From Candidatus Nomurabacteria bacterium (GTDB lineage Bacteria; Patescibacteriota; Minisyncoccia; Phycocordibacterales; UBA9973): a stretch of 64,000 bases of DNA. The stretch lies in contig JAHFNJ010000006.1 in the NCBI GenBank assembly GCA_023267375.1, positions 684-64,683 on the forward strand. The letters are read 5' to 3'. A model generated the notes under the pieces. It did not search any database and had not been told where the DNA came from. It worked only from the letters and a program-made list of their open reading frames with translations. Both the position numbers and the translations under genes were made by a program. Position 1 is the first letter of the stretch; the number at the start of each line of letters is the position of its first letter. Positions 20,801 to 28,290 of this stretch are shown here, one piece after another.

Positions 20801-22867
20801 GCCACCATGAAATTGGATATGAGTCTGCGGTGGCTGGAGCGACCAACCAGCAAGCAGTGCATCGTAGTTTGCCGTTGAAAGCTGTGCACCAAAAAGGAAA
20901 TTTGCCATCACTGTTACATCACGAATATCCCAACCACTAATATCTTGATCAAATGATTGCGCGTTATAAAATACTCCCTCCATGTTTGTCACATTACCCG
21001 TATTCCACCCACCAATATCACTGTTGAAAAGTAGCGCATTTGAAAACATTCCATACAACGTTGTTGCACTTGAAACATCCCATCCACTTAAATCTCCGGT
21101 AAATTGAGATGTGTATGCAAAAAGAAATGTCATATTGGTAACATTCCCTGTATCCCAAGTACTCACATCAGCATTAAATGCGTAAGCTTGAAGAAACATG
21201 GCTGCCATATTCGTCACATTTGATACATCCCAATTGAGTGCTGGAGCGCCGCCGTTATTGAAAGAAGTAGCGTTATTAAACATATTCACCATAGTTGTCA
21301 CATTTCCAGTATCCCAATTACTAATATCACTATTGAATGAAGTTGCATATACAAACATCCCTTCCATATTAGTAGCACTACCTGTATTCCAGGCACTCAA
21401 GTCTTGGTTAAAAGTTGCAGTAACAGCGAAGGTGCCAAAAAAAGTGGTCACATTATGAACATCCCAAGCACTAACGTCAGCATTGAAAACATTGGCACCA
21501 TAGAAAGTGAACGCCAGGTTAGTCACACTTGAAACATCCCAGGAGCTAATATCTGTATTAAATTGATTTGCTTCCATGAACATTTCTTGCATATTTGTCA
21601 CACTCGAAACATCCCAATTGAGTACTGGAGCGCCGCCGTTATTGAAAGCATACGCATCATGGAACATGCTTATCATTGACGTCACATTTCCAGTATCCCA
21701 GTTGCTGATATCTTGGTTAAAAGCATATGCTTGTGCAAACACACCAATCATATTAGTCACGCTACTGGTATCCCAACCGCCAATTGGACTATTGAAAGAC
21801 TCTGCCCCCTGAAACATCCCATACATATCAACAACACTATGGACGTCCCAAGCACTTAAATCTTGATCAAACGATGGGATTTTACTGAGGGCATACCTCA
21901 TATTAGTAACATTGCCAACATTCCAAGAACTAATATCTACATCAAACACTGTAGCAGTCTCAAACATGCTTTGCATCGTTGTCACACTCGAAACATTCCA
22001 ATTGAGTGCTGGAGCACCACCGTTATCAAAGGCAGTAGCATGATAAAACATTTGCTGCATAGTAGTCACACTCGACGTATCCCAATTACTGATATCTGCA
22101 TTAAAATTGCTAGCCTCTGAGAATAACCCTTGCATCTGCGTCACACTACTGGTATCCCATGGAAGCGGCTGTCCATCATTATTAAAGGAAGTAGCAGCAA
22201 CAAACATACCAGCGAGACTTGTGACATTCCCAATATCCCAGCCACTTAAATCTTGATCAAAAGCAGTGGCATACGTAAACATATAAGTCATATCGGTAAC
22301 GTTTGATGTGTCCCAAAAACCGATATCTTCATTCATTACCGTTGCATGGGCAAACATATAATTCATTTTCATACCTCCTGCAATTGAAAGATCGGGCGCA
22401 TCAGTTGCATTAATGTGCAGGTTGGAACAGCCATAAAAAGAACTCTCCATGGATTTCCATTGGGTTGAACCCCATTGATCAACAGAAATAATTTTGTCTT
22501 TATCCCCTGCACCATTCGCAGTACCATTACTGAAAAGCATCCATGGATAGGTACCTGTAATCGAGACCGTGTAAGTACCAGGAGAGGGATACGTATGTGT
22601 AACACTACCAGTAACACCGACATCATCTACAACTCCGTCATTCTCCCAATCAATATTGTAGTTATAAACTGTGCCGAAGCCGTCTAGTTCAGCTGGAATC
22701 GTAATTTGGTTCGAACCTGATGTTCCCGGGTTAGTAGTTGTCCATGTCGTCACAAAAGCTCCTGGCACATAGGTAGCGCTCGTACTACTTAGTGCAAAAA
22801 TCAAGCCACCAACAACAATGATGATTCCGAGAATGATGTAAGAAATTGTGCGTTTTGTATATGACAT
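11816..22867 (-). CDS. giant surface protein (3,683 aa): three PKD-like + DUF285 26-residue repeat arrays, DUF5011/Ig-like domains, He_PIG-like domain, C-terminal NHL beta-propeller repeats
   Basis: N-terminal signal anchor MSYTKRTISYIILGIIIVVGGLIFALSS and a single uninterrupted 11 kb ORF. Dozens of F..A.SFNQDIS.WDVSNVTNM..MF units (DUF285-type repeat). There are three FVTTWQT...YNYNIDWGDG PKD-like heads. The NHL units are of the type NIYVADLSGARIEKFSSDGTF. Confidence 0.8.
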   Translation of the reverse strand: MSYTKRTISYIILGIIIVVGGLIFALSSTSATYVPGAFVTTWTTTNPGTSGSNQITIPAELDGFGTVYNYNIDWENDGVVDDVGVTGSVTHTYPSPGTYTVSITGTYPWMLFSNGTANGAGDKDKIISVDQWGSTQWKSMESSFYGCSNLHINATDAPDLSIAGGMKMNYMFAHATVMNEDIGFWDTSNVTDMTYMFTYATAFDQDLSGWDIGNVTSLAGMFVAATSFNNDGQPLPWDTSSVTQMQGLFSEASNFNADISNWDTSSVTTMQQMFYHATAFDNGGAPALNWNVSSVTTMQSMFETATVFDVDISSWNVGNVTNMRYALSKIPSFDQDLSAWDVHSVVDMYGMFQGAESFNSPIGGWDTSSVTNMIGVFAQAYAFNQDISNWDTGNVTSMISMFHDAYAFNNGGAPVLNWDVSSVTNMQEMFMEANQFNTDISSWDVSSVTNLAFTFYGANVFNADVSAWDVHNVTTFFGTFAVTATFNQDLSAWNTGSATNMEGMFVYATSFNSDISNWDTGNVTTMVNMFNNATSFNNGGAPALNWDVSNVTNMAAMFLQAYAFNADVSTWDTGNVTNMTFLFAYTSQFTGDLSGWDVSSATTLYGMFSNALLFNSDIGGWNTGNVTNMEGVFYNAQSFDQDISGWDIRDVTVMANFLFGAQLSTANYDALLAGWSLQPPQTHIQFHGGTSMYCTSATQRTILRDTYQWYSPPYYTNEFVDGGEDPLCGAFVTTWQTTNNGESITIPTNGGYSYNYYIDWGDGTAATTGSSANPSHTYATAGIHTVSINGDFPAIYFANSNIKDNSFPSILNKDKILSVEEWGRQEWDTFTEAFRGCSNLTISASAGNPVLTSVEDMSIMFQGATSMNTDISDWDVSNVTNMQNMFYGATAFNNGGQPLDWDNKLSNVTRMLYMFAYATSFNQPIANWNVSSVSTMQGMFQSASVFNQPIGGWNVGTVTDMSAMFYGAASFNQPIEGWDVSSVQDMSLMFQQAIAFNQELTAWDISSVTNMHNTFYGATSFNNGDTGNNGSKPLSWDNKFSNVVQSLYMFSGATSFNQDISNWNVSNVTNMQGMFYGATVFNNGDTGNNENRPLDWNVGKVTDFSIMFQSATHFNQPIATWTILGGNLSSINIDLSQMFQQAVAFDQDISEWTFNSNSSNTINMHNMFYGATAFNNGGVPLDWDAKISRVTQMLYMFSYASSFNQPIGGWDVSHVTTMEQMFAYATSFDQDIGGWDVGNVTNADGMFTGDTLSTANYDALLAGWDLLSLQSNVLFSGGLSLYCQSEPQRANMISSDGWTITDGGKAPLCDAFITTWQTTSGGETITIPTGGGVFNYDIDWGDGSTGTGITGNITHAYTSPGVHTISITGTFPRIVFGNSVDKDKLLSVKQWGPQVWNSMGGAFQGCSNVEINATDTPDLSQVTDMSHMFQNATSLNQSLNSWDVSNVTDMTSLFSGATIFNQPLNSWDVSNVTSMNSTFALAAAFNQPLNSWNVGNVTSMSSMFEGASSFNQPLNLWDVSKVITTSGMFFSATSFNGDITTWNVEKVADMSHMFHSATSFNRNIGGWDVREVTSMLAMFSGATSFNQDIGAWDPLKVVNMAYTFANATSFNQNISGWDTGEVQTLEGTFLGASSFNSSLVGWDTSKVTNMLSTFDGATSFNQNIGGWDTSKVTTMDHTFHSAPAFNQNIGGWDTGEVTTMHAMFSGATSFNQNIGGWDTSKVTDMSFMFANDTAFNQNIGGWDVAVVTTADGMFTGDTLSIANYDALLAGWDLLSLKSNVLFSGGFSKYCQSASQRANMISSDGWIITDGGSNCGPSVTITSPTNGSTVSGIITITATATDDNGVTKVEFYRGSNLIGTDTVGSGGTYSVSWDTTVLFDGDYILTAVAYDADSHTTTSSPVTVTISNGGGGIGGAGGGGQMCSITIIPAITLDTPTGPLHDGVLSTAYDASLVTTVNTAGTVSFELVSGTLPPGILPNTIGNLRSSVPIVATDSSGINGLPTVAGAYTGIVIRAVLTVDASHVYYSNSETYSIQIDSGGGNCPLANPPTISLNGSSSITIVKGGTYTELGAVGVDAKGNSSPIIPPTTNIFIRNGSGTIIPSLDTNVVDTYTIGYTFFDSCNTPADPIARTVNVVPPAGTNTPPVITVTPDSGTGLKNVTITKKVGTFVDPGAIATDVQDALLGIPLNLITVITNGNGTVVPFIDTNVIGVYTITYSVTDSGKTDTGVDTGNPLTATATRTVTILPPKQSFTLSCPALLMPDGIVGTVYGTENLTTSGSRSGSTVSFSIVSGALPDGLGSTITASGTQGQISVAPNNIPTKKGIYTFSVRARDSKLGLVDIFSNTVTCSITVKDDSIAQCQIGKGPFTGSIPANGSILVRTYIDDTEFGIGNTITDTLPADWAATVNFTDTTNNDITTRGVNLLVPGGVKVRTSSDGNYLYMITTGNTLEVYDITNPALFDSTSPNFAPPQPIGVVRLPGLYTDVQPIDLYVVDNTVYVISDNAQAELAIVDVATKTNPVVMGTFDAAISGNTFLTGKNVYADARGNILLAVSDSSQTTSNGAVFMIDGDASWNPVLRQVSETDLGVISGMAVYQDDTSGYIYLSTYEKGFIIIPYDFSAGGSMSPFVIPSGSNLPQNGSMALYYDQSTNVFNLVGVYSGNQLAVATVDVAQPNVADQLTNKSIYQFANSGGCCGVTPDIAIARQGNKNIVYTFIPDSGQTGTLYETDFTDSSNLTTFASRNLSFEMTGLVYDPTVNYMFGSALTNGRPYSFAPSAAPVVETNPAGYQMTHDATSAFLTGKIISGFSWGSNQTNTWMEYSIDPGLASATQTPLNTTNISAQGEFNADINGLTQNTTYYYRACAEGASGVPAQVCGDIISFTTDTVVAVAPEVTTDTATNIGQSAVTLNGILDAVNDVSADVFFKWGTPGNLINIVTAGTYLAPGTFSQSVSGGLTAGTNYEFQACATNSTGTNCGAILSFTTAIVLQSGGIKTVAPGNGYAYMITANGRLEVYDVSNPAVPSKSPNYVSIAGAATDLFVDGTIAYVTSTNPSAGIQAFDISIPDNPFAAWTMNVGNLVRPIGTLRGNAVWVGSSGQIIVAVSDGAFGGLVLLVKNSNPIFAPTIPPVISQETNITTIGDDLAVYTTTANAGYAYISSNTGLFAIPFSSGSFSAATRLGNAVTALDVSQGASLPPATPTFLNKWGSDGTGNGQFTNPYDIAIDSSNNIYVADLSGARIEKFSSDGTFLRMFGWGVSTGASQFEICVAPATCRAGIPGNGPGQFNSPSYFDVDSQGNLYVGDLTRVEKFDSSGNFLFQWGTPGIGNGQFGSVRGVAVGPADTIYVVDADNQRVQLFNSSGTFLSMFGWGVATGTAQLETCSPPSTCQKGIYGNGSGQFWNPMDVTVDSNGNVYVTSGQDRRVQKFSSSGAFLYTFGWGVSTGASQFEICVAPATCLAGLSGSGAGQFGVSSARYMTTDTTGNVYVADYNNSRIEIFSPAGMYLTQFGTYGTGNGQIGGSNGVTIDSSGHVYVTDQDNTRIQEFTAYASPSNATLLTASSGDLYIYAIDPSSGSTSLQNSGGTSVTSNTIYDITVGGSEKIAYLSVPGDVTQAKKVTYDDILNISVTSQSTGGSLWNTAYDLSSQYVYGANHDGASIGFIPINPSLFTLSSVKEYADALAQSISQS

Positions 22868-22884
22868 GGATTATATAATGTTGA

Positions 22885-25782
22885 TCAATAATAGAAATAA
22901 AATACTTCAGATCCGGTATCAAACGTGGTGACCGCTCGTATAACAATATCTAGGAAGTCGCCAGCAGTTGAAGGTATTCCAGAAATTTCACCTGTGTCAG
23001 GATCTAAAGTCAGGCCATCAGGTAATATTCCCGAGACAACTTCAAAGGTAGTTGTTCCTTGAGCGGTATTTTGAGCAACAAGCGTCTTACTATATGGAGT
23101 ACCTTGAATGCCAGGATCACAGGTGAATGGTTCAAGATACACAAAATCATACATCATTACACGATTATTCGATCTATCCACAACATAAAGACGGTTGTTG
23201 TCTGGATCTACCGCCATCTGTGTTGGTATCGCAAGCGTATCTTGGTCGGGATCAGTGAGTCCCATGTTTGGATCGCTTGAATCAAAATCAAGTTGCCCTA
23301 AAATAGCGTGGGCATCCTGACCGTTCACAAATGCTGTCGTACTAAAAACAGACACGCGATTATTTACTGTATCGGCGACATATAAAGTTCTACCACTAAC
23401 CGCAAGACCAATAGGGCCCGAGAGTCCTGCCTGACTTGTCGTAGCAGCATCATTCGTAAACGCACTCGCATTTGGTTGACCAAGTTCATTTGCCGCAGAC
23501 ATTGCTACACCATGATCCCCTTTTGCTCCCAATGTATTGTCATCAATCAATGTTTTATCAAAAATCATCACACGATTATTTGCTGTATCAGCAATATACA
23601 CATGATCAGTATCAGTAGTAATTCCTCGAGGAGCAGAGAGTCCTGAGATACTGGTCGTTGCAGTACTGCCATTATAATCCGCTTGCCCAAAAACGTACGT
23701 CGCGCTTTCCCCATTAGCAGCAATAGTACCTGAAAATCCGAGTACACGATTATTGTCAGTATCAGCTACGTACAGGATGTTGCCATCTTCATCAAAGAAC
23801 AGGCCACTTGGACCAGAGAGTCCAGTAACACTCGTATCAGGGTCACTTGAAGAAGTATCTGCCTGCCCAACAACATATGAAGCAGCCATACCGTCAGTAA
23901 TAGTTGCAGTACTATATACGAGGATACGATTATTTCCTGCGTCTGAGACAAAAAGACGGTCAGTCATAGAATCATAGGCCAATCCTTGAGGACCTGACAG
24001 AGCATCGGCCCCAACAGGAGCACCACGATTTGCAGTGGTATCTTCAAAGTTTATTTGGCCGAGTACATTGTCAGCAAAGTGGTCGTACGTTCCACTGTCA
24101 GTAATTGTATTTGTTGTCGGGTCAAGATAGAACACAAGTACACGATTGTTATTTGTATCAGAAATAAAGAGACGATGGTGCACGGTATCTATCGCAACAC
24201 CACTTGAAGCACTTCCTGCACCAAGATCAAAACCTGCATTATTTACATACCCAGACTTGGTATTTATATCAGGCTGACTCCAAACCACAGGAATATGAAT
24301 AGGATTCGTTGTGATGTACTGCCCTACTTCGTGAACAGCATATTTATTAGCATCTTTAAAAACATAATCAGGGCTACCACTATCCATATCAAACATCATA
24401 AGTCTATTATTTTGACCATCAAGCAAGTAGAGATACTTGGTCGATGCTTCAAAAACAATCTCTCCGAAGGTTAGGAATGATGCTTGGTTAGTAGGATTGG
24501 TTGCTCCTGTCGTAAAATCTGGCTGGCCAATAACACTCGTTGCAGTTTTATAGTCATTGGTAGCACCACTCATATCAGTGACATTAAATGTTAGTACTCG
24601 ATGGTTACTCGCATCAAAAACATAGAGCGAGGATGTTGCACTATCAAACGAAACACCATTTGGCCCCTGCAAACCTGTGGCAGACTGACCTACTTGATCT
24701 TGGGGATCAACCCCATTCCAGTTAAGAAATCGACTATCAAGATCTGGTTGGCCAATAACGCATGATGCATCCATCATACTAGCAAGACCCTGAGTAACCG
24801 TATTGCATAATGTTTCGTCAGGAAGCGGATTCAGTATTGGATCAGGATTAAAATTTGGTCGTACATCATACATAACGACACGATTATTTCCGTTATCGGC
24901 AATGTAAAGACGCTCATGGGAAGGAGTAAGATCAAGAGAAAGGCTCTCTGGTGTATCAAACTTATGCGGAGCAACACCCTGTCTATCAACATCATTAGGA
25001 TCATTTAAAACGCAAGTAATCGGAGCAATCGTAACCCCAGAAGAAAGTCCTGTTGTACTGACACCACAGAGCGTACGTGCAGAAGAAGGATTACCACCGT
25101 CTGTTCGAACATCAAAAACATTAATAACATGGTTACCAGAGTCACTCACATAGAGAAGATAATTGTTTGTATCAAGTGCCATACCATAACTATTACCATA
25201 TGCTTGTGTCCTATACAGCGGAGCTGGGTTGTCATATGTCTGACTATTTATTTTTGTTGACAGATCAGCTGTATCAAAAATACTAACAGTTCCACCACCA
25301 TAGTTTGCAACGTACAGATAATTTGTAACTGGATCAAACACAAGAGCTTCAGGTATATTTATCGCTCCACCAGACCCCTGAGAAGTAAAATCACTTGCTC
25401 CGAACACATACGCAGCATGTGGATCAGTGAGTGTTTTGTTGTTGTTGTTGTCCAGCTGAAAAACAAGCACTCGATTGTTGTCAGAATCAGAAGCAAAAAG
25501 GTAATGTCTTACGGTATCGATAGCAACACCAGCACCAGCACCATAGGTTGTAAGGGCGAAACCTAAGTCATTGATCGTTCCTAAACTATCAGGACTATTA
25601 TTTTTTCCAGCCTGCTCAAACGATTCTTCAAAATTTGTGCCGACCGTAAGCTGCCCAACAGCATCTGCTGCCAAATATCCTCCTGAAGTCGCACGTGTCA
25701 CCAACAACACCGTTATCGTGATGTAGAAAAGTGCAGCAGCGGCAAGTATGAGATGATAGGTTTTACGATTTTTATACAGCAT
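22885..25782 (-). CDS. secreted NHL-repeat beta-propeller protein with C-terminal He_PIG-like Ig domain
   Basis: Signal anchor, then at least 10 NHL-type repeats (LYVSDSGNHVINVFDV, RLYIADNGNNRVVMYDV, LYVADTVNNRVSVFS ...). The C-terminus (TTFEVVSGILPDGLTLDPDTGEISG) is typical of the putative Ig (He_PIG) domain. Confidence 0.65.
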   Translation of the reverse strand: MLYKNRKTYHLILAAAALFYITITVLLVTRATSGGYLAADAVGQLTVGTNFEESFEQAGKNNSPDSLGTINDLGFALTTYGAGAGVAIDTVRHYLFASDSDNNRVLVFQLDNNNNKTLTDPHAAYVFGASDFTSQGSGGAINIPEALVFDPVTNYLYVANYGGGTVSIFDTADLSTKINSQTYDNPAPLYRTQAYGNSYGMALDTNNYLLYVSDSGNHVINVFDVRTDGGNPSSARTLCGVSTTGLSSGVTIAPITCVLNDPNDVDRQGVAPHKFDTPESLSLDLTPSHERLYIADNGNNRVVMYDVRPNFNPDPILNPLPDETLCNTVTQGLASMMDASCVIGQPDLDSRFLNWNGVDPQDQVGQSATGLQGPNGVSFDSATSSLYVFDASNHRVLTFNVTDMSGATNDYKTATSVIGQPDFTTGATNPTNQASFLTFGEIVFEASTKYLYLLDGQNNRLMMFDMDSGSPDYVFKDANKYAVHEVGQYITTNPIHIPVVWSQPDINTKSGYVNNAGFDLGAGSASSGVAIDTVHHRLFISDTNNNRVLVFYLDPTTNTITDSGTYDHFADNVLGQINFEDTTANRGAPVGADALSGPQGLAYDSMTDRLFVSDAGNNRILVYSTATITDGMAASYVVGQADTSSSDPDTSVTGLSGPSGLFFDEDGNILYVADTDNNRVLGFSGTIAANGESATYVFGQADYNGSTATTSISGLSAPRGITTDTDHVYIADTANNRVMIFDKTLIDDNTLGAKGDHGVAMSAANELGQPNASAFTNDAATTSQAGLSGPIGLAVSGRTLYVADTVNNRVSVFSTTAFVNGQDAHAILGQLDFDSSDPNMGLTDPDQDTLAIPTQMAVDPDNNRLYVVDRSNNRVMMYDFVYLEPFTCDPGIQGTPYSKTLVAQNTAQGTTTFEVVSGILPDGLTLDPDTGEISGIPSTAGDFLDIVIRAVTTFDTGSEVFYFYY

Positions 25783-25794
25783 ATGCGTTGGTTA

Positions 25795-28206
25795 TTACTT
25801 TGATTTGATTACTTTGTTTGTTAATGGATCATCTACTTTCCAGACACCGTTGATTCGTTCGTTCTTCACAACAACTTTTGGTGATGTCAGTAACCGTGTA
25901 TAGGTACCATTTGGATTTTTCTTTTCAATTGCAATGAAGTATTCACCGTTTGGGATCAAGCAGTAGAAACGCCCATACTCAGTTGTGATTTTTCGCACTA
26001 CTTCATTACCAAGCGATGCAGAGTAGACACGAACAACAGCGTATGCGAGCGGTCGGCCAGTTTTTTTATCAATCACCGTGCCCAATTTTGAGAGTGAAAT
26101 ACCCATTTCGCGAATAATCAAAATCGCAATGTATACACCAAGGATAACGATATTCCAAGTGTTTGGCAAAATGATGAACGCGAGAACAGAGATGATAAGA
26201 CCTAAGATAAAGAGAACATCTGCACTTCTTGAAAGGAACTTTGAATTCTTCGAAAGCAGTTTTGCAATCCGTTCTTCGTGTTTTTCAAAATCCTGTTGAT
26301 CAAAGTGCTCACGATCAAGCGGAATATTCATTGTAATGAGCTGCTCATGTTTTTTCAATTCAAAGTAATTACCGAAGTAGAGATGGTCATACATTTCATC
26401 CCGTGTTACATGTGCAAGAACAATTGATGGAAATACGTAGTGTGCAAAGCGTGGGCGAATCATATAGGTTCCAGGTGGTACCAGGAAACCATAGCGTCCT
26501 TGGCTATCAGTAATTGATGTAGCAACTTGTTTACCTTCTTGATCGACAAGTTCAAGGAACACTGGATCAAGCGGTTTTTTTGTAACCGAGTCATACACAA
26601 TACCCCAGGTTGGCTCTTTTCTTTTTACAATACCAAAGAGTAATAACACAAGCGACCAGAGACGCAGGTTCGGCATTGTCATGGCAAATGCGATTGCTGT
26701 CACAAGAGCACCAGTTGCCAATCCAACAACCTGAATTGCTTTTACCGCATTATTCTCATTCAAAAAATTCTGTCCATCGTCAATCCCGTCGTCGACTCCT
26801 TTCGTGCAAGGCAAAATAGTACAGATTGTTGGGTCTATCGTAAATGAAAGAATGTTTTCACAACTTTCACCGAAACTATTTTTTGCAAAGGCACTGTAGT
26901 AATACGTACCAGGATCGAGCGTTGAAATATTTTCTGAAAAATTACCTGTAGTATTCATTGTACGTGTGGCTAGTGGCACCGTACTATTTAAAGAATTACG
27001 ACTCTTGCCAAACCTAAAATAAATTGAAACAACAGGATCACCGAGGCTAGTAACAACACCATTTAAAGTGGCTGAGTCTACGGTTACAGCCGTTGCTCCT
27101 CGAGTAGTAACTACAGGACTCCCGTCGTTTGAGCAATCTATTATAGGAGGACCCACATCCTCTTTACACAAACCAGTTCCTATCCCGTCAGGAATCAAAC
27201 CTGTTGGACAGGCGGTCGTAAAATTAAGAACCACTCCACACCCCGTCTTTTTTGATTGATCATCTGCACATGCTTTAAAGAAATACGTAGTGTTCTTTAC
27301 TAAATTTGACATAGTAACTCTAAATGCCGAGTTTCCCTGTGTCCCTGGAATGTCGAGTGCTGAATCTTTGTTTAGCGAAAGTGGGCTCAGACCAATCCAA
27401 AAATATGTATGGTAACAATCTCCAGTACTACACTTTGGTCCGACCACCGCACCATTAACCGTCGCAATAGTAACACCTACCGCAGTCGCATCATTTGTGA
27501 CAACTACCGGTTTATTATTAGGAGGATTACTACCACAAGTTCTTGGTGTTGCAAATGTTACCCAGTCACCGTAAAAAGTTCCTGAACCATTTTCAGTAGC
27601 AATACGATATATATATGTTGTATTCAATGTAGCCCCACTTCCAAGTGAAAAAGATACTGTTTGGTTCCCAGATAAAGCGGAAAGATTTGTTACCCCAAAT
27701 GGACCAGTAGGATTGCCATTCTTGTCTTGTATCTCAAACCACGCAGTAGCAACACTACCCTCTGTATCAACGGTACCATGGAACGTTGTCGAGGAAACAG
27801 GACAACTATTATCCGCAGAATTTGTGACAGGAGCGAGTGGAACATTGGTTATCGCAGAACAGATTTGTAGACCAACCCATGAGTCAGAAGTTTCAACACT
27901 ATAATCAATCGGAGCTGCATCATTGTTGGTAAAAAGATAATCTTGTGTCCCATTTGTCACCACATTACTCCCTGTATCTTGAGACATGAGACCATATATG
28001 TTATCGAGTGGAGTAACTGTACTTGTCCCAGCCGCATGGACAATTTTGCCAGAAAGATCTTTTAGAGAAAATGGACCAACAGAAAAAGCATCAACAGGAG
28101 CGGGAAACGCGATGAAAAATGCGAGCGCAATAAGAGCAAAGAAAGAAAAACGTATACCGCTTCTTTGTATGATTTCTTGTAACGATGTCATAGTAATACA
28201 CCTCAA
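25795..28206 (-). CDS. secreted surface protein with Ig/FN3-like domains and conserved C-terminal TM-hairpin/beta-sandwich anchor module
   Basis: Signal peptide and a Thr/Ser/Asn-rich beta-rich extracellular region. The C-terminal module (WGIVYDSVTKKPLDPVFLELVDQEGKQVATSITDSQGRYGF...) is paralogous to those at 9738-10560 and 28291-29110. Confidence 0.6.
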   Translation of the reverse strand: MRCITMTSLQEIIQRSGIRFSFFALIALAFFIAFPAPVDAFSVGPFSLKDLSGKIVHAAGTSTVTPLDNIYGLMSQDTGSNVVTNGTQDYLFTNNDAAPIDYSVETSDSWVGLQICSAITNVPLAPVTNSADNSCPVSSTTFHGTVDTEGSVATAWFEIQDKNGNPTGPFGVTNLSALSGNQTVSFSLGSGATLNTTYIYRIATENGSGTFYGDWVTFATPRTCGSNPPNNKPVVVTNDATAVGVTIATVNGAVVGPKCSTGDCYHTYFWIGLSPLSLNKDSALDIPGTQGNSAFRVTMSNLVKNTTYFFKACADDQSKKTGCGVVLNFTTACPTGLIPDGIGTGLCKEDVGPPIIDCSNDGSPVVTTRGATAVTVDSATLNGVVTSLGDPVVSIYFRFGKSRNSLNSTVPLATRTMNTTGNFSENISTLDPGTYYYSAFAKNSFGESCENILSFTIDPTICTILPCTKGVDDGIDDGQNFLNENNAVKAIQVVGLATGALVTAIAFAMTMPNLRLWSLVLLLFGIVKRKEPTWGIVYDSVTKKPLDPVFLELVDQEGKQVATSITDSQGRYGFLVPPGTYMIRPRFAHYVFPSIVLAHVTRDEMYDHLYFGNYFELKKHEQLITMNIPLDREHFDQQDFEKHEERIAKLLSKNSKFLSRSADVLFILGLIISVLAFIILPNTWNIVILGVYIAILIIREMGISLSKLGTVIDKKTGRPLAYAVVRVYSASLGNEVVRKITTEYGRFYCLIPNGEYFIAIEKKNPNGTYTRLLTSPKVVVKNERINGVWKVDDPLTNKVIKSK

Positions 28207-28290
28207 GCCTCTGCTTTATTTTTTAGTACACTACAAGTATACAACGCGCAAAAGCATTTGCCTACCTTTTCTTGTGTATTTCAGAGAAAA

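Noticed and set aside
17600-22400. Possible CRISPR array suggested by regularly spaced near-identical repeats
   Set aside because: The repeats are 78 bp, contiguous with no unique spacers, in-frame, and translate to the DUF285 26-residue protein repeat inside a long ORF. They are not CRISPR.
12329-22687. Numerous 60-140 aa ORFs on both strands within 11816-22867 (for example 12329-12724 +, 20461-20892 -, 21198-21458 +)
   Set aside because: They are embedded in or antisense to the single continuous 11 kb ORF, which has coherent domain repeats. Their periodic appearance simply mirrors the coding repeats.
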